Positions 1-8,783 of a stretch of 64,000 bases of DNA are shown piece by piece. Location of the stretch: NCBI GenBank assembly GCA_041940025.1, contig JBGTSY010000002.1, forward strand, positions 129,396 through 193,395, read 5' to 3'. Position 1 is the first letter of the stretch; every line of letters begins with the position of its first letter. Source of the stretch: Thiotrichaceae bacterium (GTDB lineage Bacteria > Pseudomonadota > Gammaproteobacteria > UBA5859). Position numbers and translations under genes: made by a program. The notes beneath the pieces were generated by a model that was given only the letters and a program-made list of their open reading frames with translations, was not told the origin of the DNA and made no database searches.

Positions 1-175
1 CAGTGAAATGCGTGCATTGCGAGCACTGCAACGTTAATTTAGGGGTACTCTCTCAATCGATTGAATCCGCTAGGCTGGGGTGTGGCAGTTCAGTTGGTTG
101 TCCGTGCTGGATCCAGAGTTCTCTCTAACTAGAGAATCTGCAGGTGATTCAATCAGGGTGCTGAAGGGGTTGCCA

Positions 176-469
176 TTACTCCTCGCTGGAGTAGAGAATC
201 AAACTGCCAAAGCGGTTGTTTCTAGTTTTTGCAACTGTTCTGGAAGACGACTGAAATAGTGAATATTGCACACGGAGTCGTAGCTCGATGCCGCTAGACT
301 GCCATTTGGGCACCAACGACAATTCAACAGAATCCACTAAATTAGAGACATCTTGGAACGGGTGTGATTGTTGCGTAGCAGGTGTGATATCAACCTGTGC
401 CGACAGTGGTGGCACGCAACAAATCAATAGTGTGGTCAACACACTGCAACGTAAAATAGAAATTTTCAT
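176..469 (-). CDS. hypothetical small secreted protein (N-terminal signal-peptide-like hydrophobic segment)
   Basis: 97-aa ORF with hydrophobic N-terminus (LTTLLICCVPPLSA); no recognisable family; divergent from the mrp cluster. Confidence 0.25.
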   Translation of the reverse strand: MKISILRCSVLTTLLICCVPPLSAQVDITPATQQSHPFQDVSNLVDSVELSLVPKWQSSGIELRLRVQYSLFQSSSRTVAKTRNNRFGSLILYSSEE

Positions 470-750
470 GACTTGCCCTCGCGCATACTAGAGCACGTAC
501 CTTAGCGGTAGGGATGTCACCAAAAGTTGAATAAAATGTGAAAAATTTGTCATATCCTGAGACAGACCAACTTAAGTTATGGGGCAATGCTCGTGAGCGG
601 TAATTTTGACAAGTTAAGTGGCTAGGTGAACGGACAATCGGGAATTAGGAATTTTGACAATTATGCCCTACAATTTATTCCCGGATGATTGAAATCCTCG
701 GAAAAAGAGAAATAGAAGTGTGCCCCGGTGTTTGATCAAACGGACAACCC

Positions 751-1224
751 ATGCGCCATACCTTAAGCTTAATTGTAGTTCTCGCCACTATTTGGTTGCT
801 GAATTCCGGCCACTATACTCCCTTATTGCTTAGTCTCGGGCTGGTATCCATACTCTTCGTTGTCTACTTATCTCACAAGATGGATGTGGTGGATGAGGAA
901 TCTCAACCCTTTCAACTCAAAGCAACAATTCTGTTTTACTGGATCTGGTTGTTAAAAGAGATCCTCACGTCAAACCTAAATGTGGTGAAGCATATTTGGT
1001 TAGGACCTACCAGCATCAGCCCAACAATGAAAAAAATAAAAGTCAGCCAAACGACGGACATGGGCAAGGTCATTTACGCAAATTCGATTACCTTAACACC
1101 GGGTACGGTCACAGTTGATATTGACGGAGAGTTGTTTTTGGTCCATGCCCTAACTGAGGAGACATTGCACCAGTTGATGCAGGGTGATATGGATAGACGT
1201 GTCACACAACTGGAGAAATCTTGA
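751..1224 (+). CDS. mrpE: Mrp/Mnh-type Na+/H+ antiporter subunit E
   Basis: 157 aa, two N-terminal TM helices, followed by small F and G subunits; first gene of a translationally coupled cluster. Confidence 0.65.
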   Translation: MRHTLSLIVVLATIWLLNSGHYTPLLLSLGLVSILFVVYLSHKMDVVDEESQPFQLKATILFYWIWLLKEILTSNLNVVKHIWLGPTSISPTMKKIKVSQTTDMGKVIYANSITLTPGTVTVDIDGELFLVHALTEETLHQLMQGDMDRRVTQLEKS

Positions 1225-1493
1225 CTAACGTCACCATAGTTGCAGTATTGGTGTCCATGCTGTTAGCACTGGTCCGGGCCTTTATGGGCCCAAGTTTTTA
1301 TGATCGGGTATTAGCGGCGAATATGTTCGGCACCAAAACAGTTTTATTAATTGCACTTTTAGGTTTTTTATTTGGTCGTCCCGATTTTCTAGACATAGCA
1401 CTCATCTATGCGTTGATAAATTTTATCAGTGTGATTGCGATTTTGCGCTATTTCGAATATTCCAGCAGGAAATCATCTATACAGGAGAGTTAG
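1221..1493 (+). CDS. mrpF: Mrp/Mnh antiporter subunit F
   Basis: 90-aa polytopic membrane protein; 4-nt overlap with upstream gene; position between E and G. Confidence 0.6.
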   Translation: MTNVTIVAVLVSMLLALVRAFMGPSFYDRVLAANMFGTKTVLLIALLGFLFGRPDFLDIALIYALINFISVIAILRYFEYSSRKSSIQES

Positions 1494-1811
1494 ATGGAAG
1501 TTTTTTGGTTGGTAGTGACAAGCGTGTTTCTTTTCAGCGGTGCCTTTTTGGTTTTCAGCGGTGCGGTCGGCGTATTGCGATTCCCGGATTTTTATACTCG
1601 CCTGCACGCTTCCAGTTTGACAGACACAATGGGTAGCGGTCTGATTCTAACGGGCTGCTTACTGCTTGCAGATCATCAATGGTTAGTGATGGGCAAGTTG
1701 ATAATGATTTTTCTATTTTTGCTTTTGACCGGTCCAACCGCCAATCACGCCTTGGTAAAAGCAGCGTTACATAGCGGACTAAAACCGAAACTGAGTTCTG
1801 AATCATCTTAG
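1494..1811 (+). CDS. mrpG: Mrp/Mnh antiporter subunit G
   Basis: 105-aa membrane protein, start overlaps stop of F gene; typical size/order. Confidence 0.6.
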   Translation: MEVFWLVVTSVFLFSGAFLVFSGAVGVLRFPDFYTRLHASSLTDTMGSGLILTGCLLLADHQWLVMGKLIMIFLFLLLTGPTANHALVKAALHSGLKPKLSSESS

Positions 1812-1839
1812 ATTGCTCTAGGAGTTTAACATCGACTAT

Positions 1840-2823
1840 TTGATTGATATTACGCTACTGGGATTTCTAGTAAGTGTCGCCATTGCAGTGGCTCGAACAG
1901 AAGATCTGTTCGCTGCCACCATGTTGACCGGGATCTATAGCCTCTTGTCTGCGGGGTTTTTTGTGGTCATGGATGCGGTGGATGTGGCGTTTACAGAAGC
2001 GGCAGTGGGCGCCGGGATCTCCACTCTATTGATGCTCACTACTTTAAAACTAACGGGACAATACGAATCCCCAAATCGGCCACTACAGCGCATCGCATTA
2101 GTGGTGATCACGGTAACCGCCGCTTTGTTGTTTTATGGATTTGTAGACATGCCGACGTTTGGCGATCCGAGCGCTCCCATTCATCAACATGTGGCGCCTA
2201 GATACATTCAACAGTCCAGCGAAGAAGTAGGTATGCCCAATATTGTGACCTCAGTGTTGGCAAGCTATAGGAGCTATGACACCTTCGGTGAAACAGTAGT
2301 TATTTTTACTGCTGGCATAGGTGTGTTAGCACTCCTCAGTTACGTGCGCTCGAGAGAGGAGGAATCGCAAGCGGCCATCGCACCTATGTTGTCGCATACA
2401 ATATTACGTATTGTGAGCAAGATACTCATTCCACCCATTTTGCTGTTTGCTCTCTATGTACAGTTTCACGGCGATTATGGACCTGGAGGAGGATTCCAAG
2501 CCGGTGTGATTTTCGCAGCAGCGATCATTCTTTATGCGATGATTTTTGGTCTCGATGTGGCGCTTAAAGTGGTGAATCTTTCGGTGATTCAATTCTTGGC
2601 TGCCCTAGGCGTGTTGATTTACGCTAGTGTGGGCATCGTTTCATTATTATCAGGCCATTCCTTTCTAGACTACAATGTGCTTGCAGATGATGCCATTCAT
2701 GGACAACATTGGGGCATATTAATAGTGGAGCTGGGCGTGGGGATCACCGTCGCCTCGGTGATGTTAGTGATCTTTTTTAATTTCTCATCACGAGTAGATA
2801 AGAATCAGGATAATCATTCGTGA
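1840..2823 (+). CDS. mrpB: MnhB-domain membrane protein (DUF4040 + MnhB, equivalent to MrpA C-terminal domain fused to MrpB)
   Basis: 327 aa, ~9 TM helices, twice the size of canonical MrpB; precedes NuoK-like MrpC. Confidence 0.6.
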   Translation: MIDITLLGFLVSVAIAVARTEDLFAATMLTGIYSLLSAGFFVVMDAVDVAFTEAAVGAGISTLLMLTTLKLTGQYESPNRPLQRIALVVITVTAALLFYGFVDMPTFGDPSAPIHQHVAPRYIQQSSEEVGMPNIVTSVLASYRSYDTFGETVVIFTAGIGVLALLSYVRSREEESQAAIAPMLSHTILRIVSKILIPPILLFALYVQFHGDYGPGGGFQAGVIFAAAIILYAMIFGLDVALKVVNLSVIQFLAALGVLIYASVGIVSLLSGHSFLDYNVLADDAIHGQHWGILIVELGVGITVASVMLVIFFNFSSRVDKNQDNHS

Positions 2824-3176
2824 GTCTGCTGGCACAGTATAATTATTGGGTTGTCATTGTATTGATGATGACCGGATTTTATATCGTCATTGCCAGCGGT
2901 AATTTAGTCAAGAAGTTAATGGGCTTAACCATTTTTCAAACGTCAGTATTTATACTTTATATCAGTATGGGTAAGGTTAAGGGCGGTACCGCACCCATCT
3001 TAGAATCTGGCATCGAACTCTATTCCAATCCCTTGCCCCATGTGCTCATACTCACCGCAATTGTCGTGGGCATTGCCACTACCGCGTTGGGTTTGGCATT
3101 AGTCGTACGTATTAAAGAATCCTATGGCACGGTGGAGGAAGCCGAAATTCAACAGAAGGACAATGATCTGTGCTAG
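2820..3176 (+). CDS. mrpC: Mrp antiporter subunit C (NuoK-like)
   Basis: 118 aa, three TM helices, 4-nt overlap with previous gene. Confidence 0.65.
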   Translation: MSLLAQYNYWVVIVLMMTGFYIVIASGNLVKKLMGLTIFQTSVFILYISMGKVKGGTAPILESGIELYSNPLPHVLILTAIVVGIATTALGLALVVRIKESYGTVEEAEIQQKDNDLC

Positions 3177-4648
3177 AGCATTTGCCTGTGTTACAAGTAA
3201 TTGTTCCTTTAATTGCTGCACCCTGTTGTTTGATGATTCGCTCTCCCGCTGTGGTGGGTCGCTTTGTACAGCTGGCCACTGCTACCACGTTGCTTATCAG
3301 TTTTGCATTAGTGAGAGAAGTATTAGATCAGGGTGTGTTGAGTTATGCACTCAGTGGTTGGCAGGCACCTTGGGGAATTGAATATCGAATTGATGCCTTA
3401 AATGCGTACCTTTTACTGCTCGTTTCTTTGATAGGTACGATTGTTATATTTGCCGCTCCAACCAGCATTAGGAGCGAAATTGCTGAAGATAAACAGACTT
3501 ATTTTTATGTGGCTTACCTACTCTGTTTTGCTGGCTTACTGGGAATTCTAGCCACGGGTGACGCCTTTAATGTCTTTGTCTTTTTGGAAATTTCCTCTCT
3601 CTCTTCGTATACCCTAATTGCGCTGGGCCAAGATAGACGTGCGTTGTGGGCTTCTTATCAATATCTGATTATGGGCACCATTGGCGCGACCTTTATCCTC
3701 ATTGGTATCGGATTGATGTATATGATGACCGGAACTCTGAATATGCTTGATCTGTCAATGAGACTCGATGATGTTTCTGAGACCAATACGATTTTTACCG
3801 CATTTGCATTTTTATTTATCGGCGTCTGTTTAAAGCTGGCGCTGTTTCCATTGCATCTCTGGTTGCCAAACGCCTACACCTATGCGCCTTCTTTAGTGAC
3901 TGCGTTTTTAGCTGCAACGGCTACAAAGGTTGCGATCTATATTCTATTGCGATTTGTGTTTACCGTATTCGGGGTGGAGTTTTCGCTCAGCTATTTGCCG
4001 GTGCGCGAAATACTGCTGGTTTTAGGTTTGATGGGGGTAATCATTGCTTCTATCGTTGCTATCTATCAATCAAACGTTAAGAAGTTATTTGCCTATTCCA
4101 GTGTGGCGCAGATCGGTTACATGATATTAGGATTAAGCATCGGCAGTGCAGCGGGCTTAATGGCGACGCTGTTACACATGTTTAATCATGCGCTGATGAA
4201 AGGTGCACTGTTTCTAGCGCTCACTTCAGTCGCTTTTCGATTAAAGCAAACCAACTTGGCAGATATGGCCGGAATTGGCCGGCAAATGCCATTTACCATG
4301 GCAGCGGTGGTGATTGGTGGGCTTAGCTTGATTGGCACTCCCCTCACCGTCGGCTTCATTAGTAAGTGGTACCTAGTGGTAGCGGTTATTGAACAGGGCT
4401 GGTGGCCTTTAGCTTTTGTGGTGTTGCTGGGTTCATTGCTGGCGCTGATATACGTTTGGCGAGTCGTGGAGACAGCCTATTTTCAACCAATCTCTAGTCA
4501 GCTGAGTGACATCCGGGAAGCGCCTTTAGGCATATTGGTGCCGATGTGGGTATTGGTGCTACTCAATCTTTATTTTGGTATCGATTCACACTTCACAGTC
4601 AGTGTGTCCGAGTTGGCTGCCAATAGTCTATTTGCGGAGTGGCGCTAA
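3170..4648 (+). CDS. mrpD: Mrp antiporter subunit D (NuoN/NuoM/NuoL proton-pumping family)
   Basis: 492 aa polytopic; complex-I subunit 2/4/5-family signature segments (…LWLPNAYTYAPSLVTAFLAATATKVA…, …HMFNHALMKG…). Confidence 0.7.
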   Translation: MLEHLPVLQVIVPLIAAPCCLMIRSPAVVGRFVQLATATTLLISFALVREVLDQGVLSYALSGWQAPWGIEYRIDALNAYLLLLVSLIGTIVIFAAPTSIRSEIAEDKQTYFYVAYLLCFAGLLGILATGDAFNVFVFLEISSLSSYTLIALGQDRRALWASYQYLIMGTIGATFILIGIGLMYMMTGTLNMLDLSMRLDDVSETNTIFTAFAFLFIGVCLKLALFPLHLWLPNAYTYAPSLVTAFLAATATKVAIYILLRFVFTVFGVEFSLSYLPVREILLVLGLMGVIIASIVAIYQSNVKKLFAYSSVAQIGYMILGLSIGSAAGLMATLLHMFNHALMKGALFLALTSVAFRLKQTNLADMAGIGRQMPFTMAAVVIGGLSLIGTPLTVGFISKWYLVVAVIEQGWWPLAFVVLLGSLLALIYVWRVVETAYFQPISSQLSDIREAPLGILVPMWVLVLLNLYFGIDSHFTVSVSELAANSLFAEWR

Positions 4649-6150
4649 TGGTGTCACCTGCACTCGTATTACAGTTCACTATTTTTGTCCCGTTGTTAGC
4701 GGCAACGGGTCTTATTTTATTTCGTCGTCAACCCAATCTCAGAGAAGGGGTCACTTTAGTTGCAGGTGCGATCTTGTTTGCTCTGGTATTACATCTCTAT
4801 TCGAATTACCAACGAAATATTATTGCTAGCGTACATTGGTTAGAGATAGTGCCGGGTTTGGCATTGAGTTTTCGCGTGGAGGCGTTGAGTTTGATGTTTG
4901 CCTTGGTGGCCAGCTTGTTATGGCCAGTGACGACTCTCTATGCGATTGGTTATATGCGTGCTCATGAAGAGCACAATCAGACACGGTTTTACCTCTGTTT
5001 TGCGCTCGCAATCGCCGCAACCATGGCCATCTGTTTTTCGGCTAACCTTTTTACATTGTTTATATTCTATGAACTTCTAACCCTGTCCACCTATCCATTG
5101 GTCACCCATTCGGGCACAGAAGGCGCGAAACAGGGTGGTCGAACTTATCTGGGCATTTTATTGAGTACCTCCATCGTCTTTTTCCTGTTCGCAATTATCT
5201 TGACCTGGGTATATGCGGGTACTTTGGAGTTTGTGCCAGGTGGTCTGTTTGATGAGACGGTGCCACAATCGGTACTCTCAGCGCTTTTGGTGTTGTTTTT
5301 CTTCGGGGTGGGTAAAGCGGCTCTGATGCCATTTCACCGTTGGTTACCAGCCGCTATGGTGGCGCCCACGCCAGTCAGTGCCCTGCTACATGCAGTGGCG
5401 GTTGTGAAAGCCGGTGTATTTACATTATTGAAAATTTCGCTGTTTGTTTTTGGCCTTGATTTGCTAACGCAGATCCAAGCAACTCAGTGGATGTTATATG
5501 TAGCGGGCACATCAGTATTATTGGCGTCCATAGTGGCCATCAGGCAGGACAATCTAAAGAAACGACTTGCCTATTCCACCATCGGGCAGCTTGGGTATAT
5601 TACAGTGGGTGCATTACTGGCCACGCAGCTCGGCATCATTGGCGGTTCAATGCATATTGTTGCCCATGCATTTGGCAAGATCACTCTCTTTTTCTGTGCT
5701 GGAGCCATCTTGGTGGCAGCCCATAAAACGAAAGTCAGCGAACTACGAGGCATTGGCGCCCAGATGCCTATCACTATGGGCGCATTTTTTATCGCCTCCT
5801 TGAGCATCATTGGCGTGCCACCAGGAGGAGGCACCTGGAGCAAATGGTATCTGATGTTAGGCAGTCTGGAGAGTGGCCAGTGGTTTATCGTGATCACATT
5901 AGCAATCAGCACCTTGTTGAATATTGCTTATCTACTGCCCATTCCAGTATTAGCCTTTTTCCCAGCAAGAGGCAGTCGGGTTGTGATCTCTTCCCAGCAC
6001 ATAAAAGAAGCGCCCTTACCTGCATTATTAGCACTATGTTTGACGGCAACTTTGTCTATTTTATTGTTTCTTTATCCGCAGCCTTTTTATCAATTGAGTC
6101 ACGCTATTTTGGTGGCACCCGGAGCGCCCTATGCCCTCGCCGGAAACTAA
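4639..6150 (+). CDS. second MrpD-like antiporter subunit (NuoN/NuoM family)
   Basis: 503 aa paralogue of the preceding gene (…MPFHRWLPAAMVAPTPVSALLHAVAVVKAG…); overlaps previous stop. Confidence 0.7.
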   Translation: MALMVSPALVLQFTIFVPLLAATGLILFRRQPNLREGVTLVAGAILFALVLHLYSNYQRNIIASVHWLEIVPGLALSFRVEALSLMFALVASLLWPVTTLYAIGYMRAHEEHNQTRFYLCFALAIAATMAICFSANLFTLFIFYELLTLSTYPLVTHSGTEGAKQGGRTYLGILLSTSIVFFLFAIILTWVYAGTLEFVPGGLFDETVPQSVLSALLVLFFFGVGKAALMPFHRWLPAAMVAPTPVSALLHAVAVVKAGVFTLLKISLFVFGLDLLTQIQATQWMLYVAGTSVLLASIVAIRQDNLKKRLAYSTIGQLGYITVGALLATQLGIIGGSMHIVAHAFGKITLFFCAGAILVAAHKTKVSELRGIGAQMPITMGAFFIASLSIIGVPPGGGTWSKWYLMLGSLESGQWFIVITLAISTLLNIAYLLPIPVLAFFPARGSRVVISSQHIKEAPLPALLALCLTATLSILLFLYPQPFYQLSHAILVAPGAPYALAGN

Positions 6151-6445
6151 ATCTTATATTTTTGATAATCCGAAAAATGTCCAGCTGGTGATGCGCGGTC
6201 TATATGTGCTCTGTGCTCTGTTGGTCATTTTTGATCTTGTGGTGCATCGACATACCTTACATCCCTGGGAACACCTATATGCTTTCTATCCCATTTATGG
6301 TTTTGTAAGCTGTGTGCTATTGGTGTTGTTAGCGAAGGTGATGCGACGTGTATTGATGCGTCCGGATGACTATTACGACAGTGTGGAATTACGTCACCTA
6401 AATGAGAGTGATCCTAGTGTGGAGAGCGCAGATGTGGATCACTGA
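6131..6445 (+). CDS. small hypothetical 2-TM membrane protein embedded in the mrp cluster
   Basis: 104 aa; overlaps both flanking genes (translational coupling); no family recognised. Confidence 0.35.
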   Translation: MPSPETKSYIFDNPKNVQLVMRGLYVLCALLVIFDLVVHRHTLHPWEHLYAFYPIYGFVSCVLLVLLAKVMRRVLMRPDDYYDSVELRHLNESDPSVESADVDH

Positions 6446-8123
6446 ACTACCACCCTTTGTTCCTTTTTACCTAGCTGCTCTGATGGCTGCCATAGTGACG
6501 GATCGCTTGCGTGCACTGATCATGTTGCTGGTGCCGGTGTTGGGAGGCGTGCATTTACTGAGCGTTCCCGAAGGTGTGCATTGGAGTGTTCAACTTTTAG
6601 AGTATGAGTTAGCGCCCTATCGGGTAGATAAACTAAGCCTGTTGTTTGGCTATATTTTTCATATCGCAGCCTTTATATCAATTCTATATTCCCTGCATGT
6701 ACGGGATAGGATCCAGCAAGTAGCGGCATTGCTGTATGCCGGTAGCGCGCTGGGCGCTGTATTTAGTGGCGATCTGTTAAGTTTATTTGTGTTTTGGGAG
6801 ATGTTGGCGCTCACTTCAGTATTTTTAGTTTGGGCCAGAGGCACGGAGCGCGCCTACTTGTCCGGGCTAAGATACTTGATTATTCAGGTATTGTCGGGAG
6901 TTCTGTTATTGGTGGGTGCGTTGTTATATCTGATACAAAAAGGCAACCTGACTTTTGATTTGATCGGATTAAATGGTGTCGCTAGTTGGTTTATCTTCCT
7001 AGCCTTCGGTATTAAATGCGCTTTTCCTTTAATGCATGGCTGGTTGACTGATGCCTATGGGGAGGCCACGCCTACGGGGACTGTTTTTCTCAGTGCGTTT
7101 ACCACTAAGGTCGCGGTTTACGCATTTGCCCGAGGATTTCCGGGTACAGAGTTATTGGTCTATCTGGGTACCGCCATGGCCTGTTTCCCGATTTTTTACG
7201 CAGTGATTGAAAATGATCTGCGAAGAGTACTTGCCTATAGCATGATCAATCAGATCGGTTTTATGGTGGTGGGCATCGGTATTGGCACAGCCTTGTCTAT
7301 CAATGGCGCTGTGTCGCATGCATTTAATGACATCATCTTTAAAGGTTTGTTGTTTATGAGCATGGGTGCCGTGTTGCACATGACCGGAATCATAGAAGGC
7401 TCTCGTTTAGGCGGATTATACAAATCGATGCCGAAAACCACCCTGCTCTGTATGGTGGGTGCGGCTTCTATCTCTGCATTTCCACTGTTTAGTGGATTTG
7501 TGAGCAAATCAATGGTGATGTTGGCGGCACAGCAGGAAGGCTACGATTGGGTTTGGTTGGCGTTGTTGTTTGCTTCTGCCGGGGTGTTTCATCATGCAGG
7601 AATTAAAATTCCCTATTTCGCCTTTTTTGCCCATGATTCTGGGATCCGCACCACTGAGCCGCCTGTCAATATGTTATTGGCGATGAGTATTGCTGCGTTT
7701 TTATGTATTGCCATTGGTGTCTATCCAGAGTTGGTCTATCAACTACTGCCCTTCGAAGTGGACTATCATCCTTATGATTTGACTCACGTACTCACCCAGA
7801 CTCAATTGCTCTTTTTCTCCGCTTTGGCATTTGTCTGGTTAAATTTGAAAGGCCTTTACCCGCCCGAATTGCCTTCAGTGAATTTAGATGTGGATTGGAT
7901 ATATAGAAGGCTGATGCCAAACATTTTGGGCGCGCTGTTGGGTTTTATTTGGTCAACCGACGCATCCCTGCGACGAACCTTTTTGCAACAGAAACACACC
8001 CTGCTCAAATATCTGGCTGATCACAATGAATCTGGTTTGCTTTCCGGCACCCGTCTTTCTGGGGTGATGGTATTGAGGGTGGCAGCACTGCTGGCCGCAT
8101 TTCTCATTCTCAGTTTTCTTTAA
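6402..8123 (+). CDS. mrpA: MrpA-like / NuoL-like antiporter large subunit (N-terminal domain only)
   Basis: 573 aa PF00361-type protein (…WEMLALTSVFLVWARG…, …AYSMINQIGFMVVGIG…); lacks the C-terminal MrpB-like extension, which is encoded separately at 1840. Confidence 0.6.
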   Translation: MRVILVWRAQMWITELPPFVPFYLAALMAAIVTDRLRALIMLLVPVLGGVHLLSVPEGVHWSVQLLEYELAPYRVDKLSLLFGYIFHIAAFISILYSLHVRDRIQQVAALLYAGSALGAVFSGDLLSLFVFWEMLALTSVFLVWARGTERAYLSGLRYLIIQVLSGVLLLVGALLYLIQKGNLTFDLIGLNGVASWFIFLAFGIKCAFPLMHGWLTDAYGEATPTGTVFLSAFTTKVAVYAFARGFPGTELLVYLGTAMACFPIFYAVIENDLRRVLAYSMINQIGFMVVGIGIGTALSINGAVSHAFNDIIFKGLLFMSMGAVLHMTGIIEGSRLGGLYKSMPKTTLLCMVGAASISAFPLFSGFVSKSMVMLAAQQEGYDWVWLALLFASAGVFHHAGIKIPYFAFFAHDSGIRTTEPPVNMLLAMSIAAFLCIAIGVYPELVYQLLPFEVDYHPYDLTHVLTQTQLLFFSALAFVWLNLKGLYPPELPSVNLDVDWIYRRLMPNILGALLGFIWSTDASLRRTFLQQKHTLLKYLADHNESGLLSGTRLSGVMVLRVAALLAAFLILSFL

Positions 8124-8340
8124 ACTTAGAGATTGCCCGGCGCCTATCTGCTTTAATCGGTCACTGCAAGCCTTGGCATACAGATATGAGGTTTATCTGC
8201 ACGATTGGGCAACATGATGAAGCTCATGCTGCCACGCAGAAAAAGGGAGGTGTAACCCGGAGAAAATTTTTACTGGACGAGACTGAGGCTGCGCGCTACC
8301 CAGGGAGCACACCCAATTATCGTTCGAGGTAAACCGATTT

Positions 8341-8610
8341 TCAGGATAGGTTGATTCTTTTTATCTGCTCATTCAAACGAGACTTGTGTCGTGCAGCCTT
8401 GTTTGGATGAATAATGCCTTTTCTGGCTAATTTATCTAATTCGGGTACGGCAGCTTGGAGAGCATCTTTGGCGTTTTCGGCATCGCCACTGGCGACGGCG
8501 CTATAACCCCGCTTTAAATAAGTACGCATGCGGGAACGCAGGCTGGCATTGTGTGCTCTACGCTTATCGTTTTGGCGAGCACGTTTTCTAGCTTGGGCTG
8601 AATTGGCCAA
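8341..8610 (-). CDS. rpsT: 30S ribosomal protein S20
   Basis: 89 aa MANSAQARKRARQNDKRRAHNAS… classic S20 N-terminus; divergent from murJ as in enterics. Confidence 0.9.
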   Translation of the reverse strand: MANSAQARKRARQNDKRRAHNASLRSRMRTYLKRGYSAVASGDAENAKDALQAAVPELDKLARKGIIHPNKAARHKSRLNEQIKRINLS

Positions 8611-8783
8611 ATGTTTCTCCTAAAGGTGTCACTTAAGTCAAGAGGGCGAAATATGCTAAAAATCGACCAGATTGTCAATCTATTGAATCTCTTTTGGTCT
8701 TGGCTGGCGTAACTTTTGCCATGATAATATGTGCCCCTTTTGGTTAATTTTTAGTGGCTTAGCGTCCATTCACAGGGTCTTGG

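Noticed and set aside
3124-3381. 85-aa Cys-rich ORF overlapping mrpC/mrpD junction and similar short ORFs (e.g. 4575-4829, 5487-5803)
   Set aside because: They are out-of-frame overlaps of long, well-supported membrane-protein genes, with no independent signals.
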